Assembly (NCBI GenBank): GCA_019058245.1
Contig: JAHPZJ010000023.1
Location: 34,028 to 98,027 of the forward strand
Source of the DNA: Promethearchaeota archaeon
Lineage (GTDB): Archaea > Asgardarchaeota > Lokiarchaeia > Sigyniarchaeales > SOKP01
DNA: 64,000 nucleotides
Direction of reading: 5' to 3'
This document shows positions 41,253 to 50,649 of this stretch, in pieces (position 1 is the stretch's first letter; the number at the start of each line of letters is the position of its first letter). The position numbers were made by a program, and so were the translations under genes. The notes under the pieces are model-generated. The model did not search any database. It was not told the DNA's origin and saw nothing but the letters and a program-made list of their open reading frames with translations.

Positions 41253-42428
41253 TTATACCATATCTACAAACTTTCCAGATTTAAGTAATTCACATGGTTT
41301 TAGATAAGATTTACCTAAATTTTCGGCAGTTTCTTCTAAAAGACTAGCAAATCGTTCATAGTTCTTAGTCGCAGATTCCATTGGCCCTGGAAAATTCATA
41401 CCTGCTAAGATTGCTTCATCGATAACTTTCCAACTTGAAACAACTCCTTCTTCCAATATTCTACAACCTTCATTAGCTGCAATTGCGGTAAAAATATCGG
41501 GATTAACAATTCCTGCTTTTTTAGAGAGATCAGGTTGAGGTCTCCCTTTTGTCCAATCATAAAATCCTTGTCCTGTTTTTTTACCTAGTGTTCCTTTTTC
41601 TACTTGCATTTTTGTTACTTTTCCCGGACCGAAATCGGATGAAAGTTTTTCTGCATAATAAAGCCCACCATGATATGCAATATCACGTCCTGTAAAATCT
41701 GCTAATGTTAATGCAGTCATTGGAGCATTTGGGTTAGATAAATCAGCATCTACTTCTTCCCAAGGAATGCCTTTCTCATACGCCATATCAAGAATGTAAT
41801 TAGTATAGATACCTCGAGGTGCAAGTACACGATTAACAATAAAGCCAGGGCGATCTTTTAACACCTTAGCAACATATCTTTTTCCTCTCAAAACTGGCAG
41901 AGTTTCTGCAACTTTTACCCCTATTTCCATAGATTCATCAGAACTCTTATCTCCTTTAATTATTTCTACGAGACGCATCAAGGGAGCGGGATTAAAGAAA
42001 TGCATACCTATTACATTTTCAGGTTTGTTACATTTTTCAGCAATCTCAGTAATACTCATCGTGGAAGTGTTTGAAGCAAAAATACAATGATCAGGAGAGT
42101 TTTCAATAACATCCTTACAAAGCTTTTGTTTTAAATTTAATATTTCTGCAACTGCTTCAATTACTAAATCTGCATTCTTAGAAGCTTCAATAATATTATC
42201 AGATGTTTTTAATTTTGCTATAAAATCTGCCGCGCTAGAACCTGCAGGTAAAATTCCTTTTTCTTCTAGTTTTTGGAATCCTGTTTTTATGTAATTTGTG
42301 CCTTTTTCAATGATTTCACTATTTACATCAACCGCTGTGACATTGTATCCTGCCATTAAGTAAACTTGGGCAATCCCTTTTCCCATATCGCCAAAACCTA
42401 GCTGAACTATATTCTTAACATTTGTCAT
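41253..42428 (-). CDS. 3-hydroxyacyl-CoA dehydrogenase (long form, two C-terminal domains)
   Basis: GFGDMGKGIA, ASNTST, GMHFFNP, PGFIVNR. Confidence 0.93.
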   Translation of the reverse strand: MTNVKNIVQLGFGDMGKGIAQVYLMAGYNVTAVDVNSEIIEKGTNYIKTGFQKLEEKGILPAGSSAADFIAKLKTSDNIIEASKNADLVIEAVAEILNLKQKLCKDVIENSPDHCIFASNTSTMSITEIAEKCNKPENVIGMHFFNPAPLMRLVEIIKGDKSSDESMEIGVKVAETLPVLRGKRYVAKVLKDRPGFIVNRVLAPRGIYTNYILDMAYEKGIPWEEVDADLSNPNAPMTALTLADFTGRDIAYHGGLYYAEKLSSDFGPGKVTKMQVEKGTLGKKTGQGFYDWTKGRPQPDLSKKAGIVNPDIFTAIAANEGCRILEEGVVSSWKVIDEAILAGMNFPGPMESATKNYERFASLLEETAENLGKSYLKPCELLKSGKFVDMV

Positions 42429-42907
42429 TTATATCAACTCTAATTTGTTATGTAAATTTAAGTTATAACTATACACAATAAATTAAAAAATCTTGGAAAA
42501 GAATTTTGAAAAGGCAAAAAAGAAGTATCAAATAATATAAGATTAAATTAAAGATCTACTAATCCATATAACAACTAATTTTAAAATCGATATTATTTAT
42601 ACAAAATATTCTCATAAAATTCTTCTTTGGAAACAAGATGTTCTGAATTTGTTGTTGATTATTGAGAGAAGTTTTATAATTTTACGGGAATAAATTGCTA
42701 AATGAGATATGAGAGAATGATGAGAAGAAAATTATGATACAAATAATAAGTAATTTTTATTAATTTTAATCTTCTCTTATTTCTCTCTAATGAATAAGTA
42801 AAATAGCGATCAAACTTTCATTAACTCATTACATAAAATGTATTTAAACATCATGCATTTTTATAGTTAAGGTTCAGTTAATAATAAAAAGGAAGGTTGA
42901 ATTTAAG

Positions 42908-45184
42908 ATAGAAGCAAAAAAAGATGACATTAAAATAGTTAAAACCGGTTGTTGTCATGATTGTGGAGGGCGTTGTGTTCTACGTGTTCATATAAGAGAT
43001 GGAAAGATCATTCGATTAGAAACCGATAATAAAGAACAACCACAATTAAGAGCATGTTTAAGAGGAAGAGCCTATAGACAGAGAATATATTCTGATGAGA
43101 GACTTAGGCACCCTTTACGTCGTGTTGGTAATCGTGGTGAAGGAATATTCGAAAAAATATCGTGGGATGAAGCATTAGATGAAATAACTTCTAAAATTAA
43201 AGAAATTAAAAAAAAGTATGGAAATTCTGCCATATTACTTGTTCCTGGAAGTGGAAATCAAGGGATGCTCCATGGAATTACTCCTCATGCATTAATGCTT
43301 AATCAAATTGGAGGATATACTAGAATGTGGGGTGCTGCCTCCTATGAAGGTGCTCTCTTTGCTTCTATGGCAACATATGGCACATTGATGACTGGAAATG
43401 CTAGAGAAGATCTACTTAATTCCAAATTTATAATAATGTGGGGTTGGAATCCAGCAAATACTATTTGGGATCCTGGTACGAGTTTATGGTTGGCTAGAGC
43501 TCGAGAAAAGGGAATAAAAATATTAGCAATTGATCCAATATTCACAGATTCTGCCGCGACTCTAGCACACCAATGGATTCCTATTCGTCCAGGTACCGAT
43601 ACTGCTATGCTATTAGCTATGGCATATGTGATTATTACTGAAAATTTGCACGATAAATCTTTTATTGAAAAGTATACAGTGGGCTTTGAACAATTTAAAG
43701 AATATATAATTGGCAATGAAGATGAAAATCCAAAAACTCCTGAATGGGCGGAAAAAATTACATCTGTACCCACAGAAACAATTATTAATCTTGCCCGAGA
43801 GTATGCTACTACAAAACCTGCTACTCTGATTGCTGGTTGGGGTCCTGCTAGAACAATGTTTGGTGAACAATACTCTAGAGCTGCTAACATATTATGTACA
43901 ATAACAGGCAATATTGGAATTAATGGTGGTTACGCATCTGGTTTTATGCGTGCCTATTATAGTCGAGAGAGAATTATTACAGGTGGAAGAAAAAAAACAG
44001 GTCCAATCAATTTAGAAGACAAAAAACCTAAAAAACCTAGGGTCCAAGATAATCTTGTTGATTTAAATGCTCCTCCTCGTAAAGATAGTCTTTATAAATT
44101 AAGAGGTGGAACTAATCCAGCAAATACTCGGATTCATTCTAATGATTATTATAATGCAATGCTAAATGGTCGAAAGGGAGGGTATCCCGCTGATATTAAA
44201 ATGGCATATATAGTAGCAACGAATCGTTTAAACCAGTATGCAAATGTCAATAAAGGTATTAAAGCTCTAAAATCTCTAGATTTTATCGTAGTATATGAAC
44301 AATTCATGACTCCTACAGCACAATTAGCAGATATTGTTTTACCAGTTAATACATTTATGGAACGCAATGATATTGCAGTTCCATGGTTAGGATCGCCTTA
44401 TTATATCTATTTAAACAAAGCAATTGATTCCTTATATGAATCAAAATCAGATTTAGAAATATGTAAAGAATTATCGAAAAAATTGGGAATAAAAAACAAT
44501 CTATTAGATTTATCAGAAGATGAACTTCTAAGAATGTTTACAGCTCCTCGAAAAGATATAAAAAATTACAATAAGATGAAGAGAGATGGATATTTTAAAG
44601 TTAAGGTAGAAGAACCTTTTGTTGCCTTTAAAGAGCAAATTAAGGATCTTGAGAATAATCCCTTTCCTACATTATCGGGAAAAATTGAAATTTTTTGTGA
44701 ACATATTGCTGAGAAGAATAATCCATTAATGCCTCCAATTCCAAAATATCTAACCCATGAAGAACATTATGATTCCCCTAAAGCGAAGAAATTTCCATTA
44801 CAACTTCTTACTCCTCATAATAAAAGAAGGACCCATTCTACTTTAAGTAATATTCCATGGTTAGAAGAGGTAGAAACTCATGCGGTTTGGATAAATTCTG
44901 TTGATGCTCTGAAACGCAACATAAATAATGGAGATATAGTAGATGTATTTAACGATAGAGGTAGGATTAGAATTCCTGCTAAGGTTACAGAACGTATTAT
45001 ACCTGGAACTGTTTGTATCTATCAAGGAGCATGGTATAATCCAGATAAAAGTGGTGTGGATCTTGGTGGCTGTGCAAATGTTTTAACAAATGATAGTTAT
45101 TCTCCTGGTGGTGCATTTCCTCTAAATAGTTCGTTAGTTGAAATTGAGTTAACTCCTAAAAATAAAATAGAGGTATTTAAATGA
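42908..45184 (+). CDS. DMSO-reductase-family molybdopterin oxidoreductase catalytic subunit (DmsA-like), no Tat signal, probable ATA start
   Basis: The frame is open 119 codons upstream of ATG 43265 and holds CCHDCGGRC...ACLRG...RLRHPL...ISWDEA. There is no in-frame ATG/GTG/TTG after TAA 42845. Confidence 0.88.
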   Translation: MEAKKDDIKIVKTGCCHDCGGRCVLRVHIRDGKIIRLETDNKEQPQLRACLRGRAYRQRIYSDERLRHPLRRVGNRGEGIFEKISWDEALDEITSKIKEIKKKYGNSAILLVPGSGNQGMLHGITPHALMLNQIGGYTRMWGAASYEGALFASMATYGTLMTGNAREDLLNSKFIIMWGWNPANTIWDPGTSLWLARAREKGIKILAIDPIFTDSAATLAHQWIPIRPGTDTAMLLAMAYVIITENLHDKSFIEKYTVGFEQFKEYIIGNEDENPKTPEWAEKITSVPTETIINLAREYATTKPATLIAGWGPARTMFGEQYSRAANILCTITGNIGINGGYASGFMRAYYSRERIITGGRKKTGPINLEDKKPKKPRVQDNLVDLNAPPRKDSLYKLRGGTNPANTRIHSNDYYNAMLNGRKGGYPADIKMAYIVATNRLNQYANVNKGIKALKSLDFIVVYEQFMTPTAQLADIVLPVNTFMERNDIAVPWLGSPYYIYLNKAIDSLYESKSDLEICKELSKKLGIKNNLLDLSEDELLRMFTAPRKDIKNYNKMKRDGYFKVKVEEPFVAFKEQIKDLENNPFPTLSGKIEIFCEHIAEKNNPLMPPIPKYLTHEEHYDSPKAKKFPLQLLTPHNKRRTHSTLSNIPWLEEVETHAVWINSVDALKRNINNGDIVDVFNDRGRIRIPAKVTERIIPGTVCIYQGAWYNPDKSGVDLGGCANVLTNDSYSPGGAFPLNSSLVEIELTPKNKIEVFK

Positions 45185-45750
45185 AACAAATGGGTTTTTA
45201 TTTTGACCAAACGAGATGTATTGGTTGTTATACATGTGTATTAGCTTGCAAGGATTGGAATGATCTTCCTGTTGGTGTTAATTGGAGAAAAGTCAAAGTT
45301 ATTGAGGATGGAATATTTCCTGAGTTGTTTTTAGCTTATTTATCAATTGCTTGTAATCATTGTGTTAATCCACCGTGTATAAAAGCATGTCCTGTGGAAG
45401 CTATCACTAAAAGAGAATCAGATGGAATTGTTATTGTTAATTCTAAGAAATGTGTAGGAAAGAAAGAGTGTGATGCAATATGTTTAAAAGTCTGCCCTTG
45501 GGATATTCCAGAATTTCGTGATGATGATAATTCAAAAATGGAAAAATGTAATTTTTGTTTTGACCGTCTAGAACAAGGAAAACAAACTATTTGTGTGGAA
45601 GCATGCCCCATGTATGCTCTTGATGTAGCACCATTAGAGGAATTGCAAAAAAAAAATGGTGATATTCATGAAGCAGAAGGTTTTAATTATTATGAGAAGG
45701 TCAGACCATCTATAATATTCAAGCCAAAATTTAAAAAGCAGAAATATTAG
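45181..45750 (+). CDS. DmsB-like 4Fe-4S dicluster subunit
   Basis: CIGCYTCVLAC, CNHCVNPPCIKACP, KCNFC and CVEACP; overlaps the upstream stop. Confidence 0.92.
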   Translation: MKQMGFYFDQTRCIGCYTCVLACKDWNDLPVGVNWRKVKVIEDGIFPELFLAYLSIACNHCVNPPCIKACPVEAITKRESDGIVIVNSKKCVGKKECDAICLKVCPWDIPEFRDDDNSKMEKCNFCFDRLEQGKQTICVEACPMYALDVAPLEELQKKNGDIHEAEGFNYYEKVRPSIIFKPKFKKQKY

Positions 45751-45851
45751 AATTTTAAGTGATAGTATGAAAGATATTGATAAGTTAAAGTATTATTTCA
45801 TATCAGAGATCTGTGTTATTTTTCATGATAGATTGAGTATTTTGCAAAAAG

Positions 45852-47084
45852 TTATTTCTTCAAGGATTTAAGAAATTCTTTATCTTTATTTACATAATAA
45901 AACCAAGCATTTTTTGACATAAGAGAAATATCATTTGCACCTAAATTCTTCATAAGTTCAATACGTAATCTTCGAGCATCCCCATTTTTAGGTTCTGTTT
46001 GAATAAGAATATCTAGTATTTGAAGTGCTAGTTGAGTTTGATTTTGAGTAAATAATTCATTCACTCTTTTCAATATTTTTTGAGGATTCCCAATCAGATC
46101 ATAAATCTCATTTAAAACCTCTTTTTCCGGTCTTGGTAAAAGATGTGCAGGATTATCATCAAAATAACCATGATACCATCTATATACATTATAGACGAAA
46201 AATTCAACCCGAGAATACACTTGACTAAGATATGGATTATTTTCAAGATGTTTTGGAATTTTCACAGTATGGATCATTTCTGTGATATGCATTCCTTGGT
46301 TAATAAAATCTACAACCTGATTATGTAGATTATGAATAACTTCAATATTTGCATCTAAAGCTTCAATAGCCTCTTCTTCTTTTAGCATTACACCTCCACC
46401 ATTGCAAAAGATATATTTTGGTTTTATCGCGCGTATTTTTTCCAAAGTTTTAACCCAATCCAAGGCGAAACGAGTTGATTTCCAAGGATTTCCTATATTT
46501 GGAAAAAGTCTGCCAATTATCAAATCACCTATAAACGCAGCATTAATTTCAGGAACATATACCCATAGGGCATCATCAGTTTCAGCACGAGTCGTATGTA
46601 GTTCAAAGGTTTTATCTCCAAGTTTAATGGTTAAATCTCCCAAAAAGGTTTTAGTTGGATAAACAAAATTTATTGAATCTAAGGTTTCTGGTACATTAAA
46701 TTGTATAGCATTAATGTGAGCACGATGCTGTGCTAACATTTTGTATTTATCAAATCTATCTGGAAGATATCTACTAGCAATTATCTCTGGATTATCATCA
46801 AGAAATACAGATGCTCCTCCTACATGATCTATATGACCATGTGTATAGATAATGTATTTAATCTTACTTTTAATCCTTTCTTTCACTTGTTTAGCAAGAT
46901 GTCTTCTATTTAAAGTATCAATTAGTATAATCCCCTTAGTAGTATCAATCCATCCACAACTAGAAATGACTACTCTAGCTGTATGAACATCTGGCAAAGG
47001 ATTACTAAATTTAACATTTATATTGCTAAAAACCTGTTTGGGTTGTAGATCTTTATCTTTTGTTTTATCGCTATTTTTTACCAT
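45852..47084 (-). CDS. Alkyl/aryl sulfatase-like metallo-beta-lactamase
   Basis: THGHIDH, ETDD and the GYFDDNPAHL dimerisation motif. Confidence 0.85.
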   Translation of the reverse strand: MVKNSDKTKDKDLQPKQVFSNINVKFSNPLPDVHTARVVISSCGWIDTTKGIILIDTLNRRHLAKQVKERIKSKIKYIIYTHGHIDHVGGASVFLDDNPEIIASRYLPDRFDKYKMLAQHRAHINAIQFNVPETLDSINFVYPTKTFLGDLTIKLGDKTFELHTTRAETDDALWVYVPEINAAFIGDLIIGRLFPNIGNPWKSTRFALDWVKTLEKIRAIKPKYIFCNGGGVMLKEEEAIEALDANIEVIHNLHNQVVDFINQGMHITEMIHTVKIPKHLENNPYLSQVYSRVEFFVYNVYRWYHGYFDDNPAHLLPRPEKEVLNEIYDLIGNPQKILKRVNELFTQNQTQLALQILDILIQTEPKNGDARRLRIELMKNLGANDISLMSKNAWFYYVNKDKEFLKSLKK

Positions 47085-47278
47085 ATTAAATTCTCCATTA
47101 TAATATTATGAAATTTATCTATTTACTACCTATTGAATTAGAAACATCTTTGAGCTAATAAATTTTATTTTGAAAAAAAGTAATTACATTAAAAATATTC
47201 AAATATTAATTATTCCATTTCTAATCAATATAATAATTGAAAATTAAGGATTAAAAAAAAAGAAAAAAGGTATGTAAT

Positions 47279-48106
47279 ATGGTTGATGACAAAAAATTTG
47301 AGCATGTTAAGTTAGAAAAAGTAAAAGAAGGAAATTATGCAGTATTATCAATAACAAGGCCTGAAAGATTAAATGCTCTCCAAACTAAGACGTTAAGAGA
47401 AATTTCAGAGGCATTAGAGATGGTCGAAGTTGATCGAGAAGTCCGATGTGTAGTATTACGTGGAACTAAAGAATTTACTAAAAAGCCTGCTTTCTCTGCT
47501 GGTGCTGATCTGTCAGATAGATCTAGTAGTGATCTTGATCCTGAAAATTTACGACATCAAAGTCATGCAATGTACAGAAGACATAAGTATTATGACTTAA
47601 TCGAGGAATTTCATAAACCAATTATAGCTGCTATTGATGGGTTTGCTTTAGGTGGAGGGTTTGAATTAGTATTAGTTTGTGATATAGCTATAGCTTCTAA
47701 ACGCTCATTATTTGGTTTTCCTGAAATACAACGTGGTATTTTTCCAGGTAACGGGGGTACTCAACGATTGATTGAAAATCTTGGTAAAATGAGAGTAAAA
47801 AGATTGATGTTTTTTGGTGACCATTATACTGCTGAAGAAATGTACAATTGGGGTGTTATTTCTTATGTGGTAGATGATGACAAATTCGAAGATTTTGTTC
47901 ATGAAAAAGCATCCTTCCTAGGAAATGCTGCCACAAACAGTCTGTTTGTAATTAAAAAATGCATTAATTACGGAACTCAAGTTCCATTAAATGTAGGTTT
48001 ACAATTTGAACTACTTAGTTATGCTATAAATTCAAGAAGTAAGGATGTTAATGAAGGAGTTACTGCATTTTTAGAGAAAAGAAAACCAGTATTTAAAGGA
48101 GAATAA
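47279..48106 (+). CDS. Enoyl-CoA hydratase (crotonase)
   Basis: FSAGADL, GGGFEL and FPE; both catalytic Glu present. Confidence 0.92.
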   Translation: MVDDKKFEHVKLEKVKEGNYAVLSITRPERLNALQTKTLREISEALEMVEVDREVRCVVLRGTKEFTKKPAFSAGADLSDRSSSDLDPENLRHQSHAMYRRHKYYDLIEEFHKPIIAAIDGFALGGGFELVLVCDIAIASKRSLFGFPEIQRGIFPGNGGTQRLIENLGKMRVKRLMFFGDHYTAEEMYNWGVISYVVDDDKFEDFVHEKASFLGNAATNSLFVIKKCINYGTQVPLNVGLQFELLSYAINSRSKDVNEGVTAFLEKRKPVFKGE

Positions 48107-48222
48107 AGTAGAACTATTTTTTTTATTTTTTTTTTGATTTCTTGATATTTTTAAGTCAATAACTTTTAAAATGAACGAATTTTTTCTAATCAAAAATATC
48201 ATAAAATTACAAGGAAAAAAAA

Positions 48223-49518
48223 ATGAATTTTAAAGAAGTATGGTTAGTGGATTATTGTAGAACAGCATTTTCACGTTCCAGACCACAACAACCTGAAAGA
48301 GATGTATTTGGGGAAATTCGAGGGGACGAGTTATTGTCTAGACTCCTAAGGAATTTTTTTGATGAACGATTAGCTAATAAAGGAATAACGAAAAATGACG
48401 TTGAAGAATTTTCGTTAGGGATTGCTGCTGGTGTATTGGAGAATTGGAGTTATGGTGCCAAAATTCCTCTTTTTCTAAATGGATTCCCACCTAAAATATC
48501 ATCATTCTTTATAGATAAACAATGTGGCTCTGCTGGAGCTGGAATGCATGTATTAACTATGGAAATAATGACCGGTCATACAAAAGTTGGTTTAGCAACC
48601 GGTTATGAACATATGACGAGAGTAAGAGGAAAAGGTGTTGATCCAGGAAGAGAAAGATTTAATGATAAAAACAGTCCTTTTTACAATCCTGAAGTTGATA
48701 TAGAAAATGCAATGAATATGTTACAAACAGCACAGAGATTATATGAAGAAGAAGTACCTACATTTACTAAAGAGGATATAGATAGGTTCGGGGTAAGATC
48801 ACATAATTTAACTGTTCAAAGTACAGAAGCAAAATGGTTTACAAGTGGAGTGAATGGTGGGGAAATAGTACCTATTGAAGGACACGTTGAAGGAAATGTT
48901 GAAGAACCAATGATGGTGGATAGAGATATGGCAGCTAGAAAGTCTGAATTGGAAGTCGTTGGAAAATTACGCAGGCTATCTACTCCGTTTTATTTAGAAA
49001 AAAATGGAGGAAAGGAAGGTTATATTAAAAGAGAAGGCACAGAAGAGGGAGTTATTACTGCTGGAAATTCTTCACCTCTCAATGCTGGTGCTACTACATG
49101 CTTATTGATGGAAGCAGAGGAGGCAAAGAAAAGAGGACTTGAACCATTAGCTAGAATTGTATCAATTGGTTGGGCAGGAGTCGATCCACGAGTTATGGGA
49201 CGAGGTCCAGTTCCAGCTACACGTCATGCGCTAGAATATGCAAATATGACTGCTGAAGATATCGATTTCTGGGAGATCAACGAAGCATTTACTATAGTCG
49301 CTTTAAACTGCATGAATAAGTTTAATCTTCCAGAAGAGAAAGTTAATATTATGGGAGGATCAACTGCAATTGGTCATCCATTAGGATCAACAATGATTCG
49401 TCTTTGTGGGACTTTAGCTAGAATTTTAATTGATAAAAAGGCAAAATACGGAGTAGCTAATGCATGTTGCGGTGGTGGACAAGGAGTTGCAACAATTATA
49501 GAAAACCTTAAAGCATAA
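48223..49518 (+). CDS. Acetyl-CoA C-acyltransferase (thiolase)
   Basis: KQCGS, NEAF, GHPLG, CCGGGQG. Confidence 0.93.
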   Translation: MNFKEVWLVDYCRTAFSRSRPQQPERDVFGEIRGDELLSRLLRNFFDERLANKGITKNDVEEFSLGIAAGVLENWSYGAKIPLFLNGFPPKISSFFIDKQCGSAGAGMHVLTMEIMTGHTKVGLATGYEHMTRVRGKGVDPGRERFNDKNSPFYNPEVDIENAMNMLQTAQRLYEEEVPTFTKEDIDRFGVRSHNLTVQSTEAKWFTSGVNGGEIVPIEGHVEGNVEEPMMVDRDMAARKSELEVVGKLRRLSTPFYLEKNGGKEGYIKREGTEEGVITAGNSSPLNAGATTCLLMEAEEAKKRGLEPLARIVSIGWAGVDPRVMGRGPVPATRHALEYANMTAEDIDFWEINEAFTIVALNCMNKFNLPEEKVNIMGGSTAIGHPLGSTMIRLCGTLARILIDKKAKYGVANACCGGGQGVATIIENLKA

Positions 49519-49551
49519 ATACAGGCAAGAATTAATTATTAGAGATTATAA

Positions 49552-50391
49552 ATGAAAGAATTAGACTTAAGTATAATTGGGAAAAAATCAGAGGAAATTA
49601 TATTTAAGTATTCCTGGAAAGATGTTGTCCTATATGCATTAGGGATTGGTACCAAGATTGACGAATTACAATTTTTATACGAAGGCTATTCAAATGGATT
49701 GAAAGTAATTCCAAGTTTTGCCTGTATAGCGGCTGCAAGAGGACTTCAGTTACGTAGACTTGGTAAAATTGAATTCTCACATTTTGTTCACGGTGAACAA
49801 TCAATTAAACTGTATAAACCCTTTACTCCTTCAGGTGAAATAATCATTCAAGGAGAAATTAGTAATATTTATGATAAAGGTAAAGCTGCTGTTATTCATG
49901 CTTTAGTTTCTGGATATAACTCTAATAAAGAACATATTTTTGATACTGAAGCTGTGTTTTTTTACATTGGTGCGGGGGGATTTGGAGGTGATCCTGGTCC
50001 AAAAGTAGAACCTATAAATCCGCCTAAGGGGGTGAACCCTGATTTTAGTATTTCTTATGATACTGATGAAACTCAAGCTGCCTTATATAGATTAAACGGG
50101 GATTTTAATCCCTTACATATAGATCCAGAATTCGCTGGTAGAAGTGGTAGATTTAGAGGTCCAATTCTTCATGGTTTATGTACTTATGGTATAGCAACTC
50201 GCGCAATAATTTATGGTGCCTGTGATGGAAAGGTTGAGCGCTTAAAGGAATTTAAAGCACGGTTTACTCGTGAAGTTTATCCTGGAGAAAGATTAACGAT
50301 AGAAGGTTGGAAAGATAACGGTCGATATATTATCCAAGTAAGAAAAGATGAAACTGTCGTACTAAGTAATGCTTATGCCATAGTTGAGTAG
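49552..50391 (+). CDS. Double hot-dog (R)-enoyl-CoA hydratase 2 (MaoC family)
   Basis: YALG, HGEQ and YRLNGDFNPLHIDP...ILHGLC. Confidence 0.92.
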   Translation: MKELDLSIIGKKSEEIIFKYSWKDVVLYALGIGTKIDELQFLYEGYSNGLKVIPSFACIAAARGLQLRRLGKIEFSHFVHGEQSIKLYKPFTPSGEIIIQGEISNIYDKGKAAVIHALVSGYNSNKEHIFDTEAVFFYIGAGGFGGDPGPKVEPINPPKGVNPDFSISYDTDETQAALYRLNGDFNPLHIDPEFAGRSGRFRGPILHGLCTYGIATRAIIYGACDGKVERLKEFKARFTREVYPGERLTIEGWKDNGRYIIQVRKDETVVLSNAYAIVE

Positions 50392-50649
50392 TTCTTTAAA
50401 AACAACAAGTTTTTTTTTTAATTTATTTCCTATTGTAAAATAAGTTTTATTGATAAAATAAGAAAATTATTATAATTTTAAGGTTTGGAATCCTTCTTTA
50501 GCAATCAAAATTCTGTTTTCTAATACATTTGAATATTTTTTTTATAACAATATAAAATATGCCGTCACCAAATAGTATGTTTTTAAATATTATGATTTAA
50601 TTAATATAATTTAATTTGAAAACAATGTTTTTTAAAAAGAGTTATTTTA

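Noticed and set aside
1265-45750. Selenocysteine recoding in the Hdr or molybdoenzyme genes
   Set aside because: No in-frame TGA at Cys positions. The TGA in the DmsB relic falls at an Arg position among other lesions.
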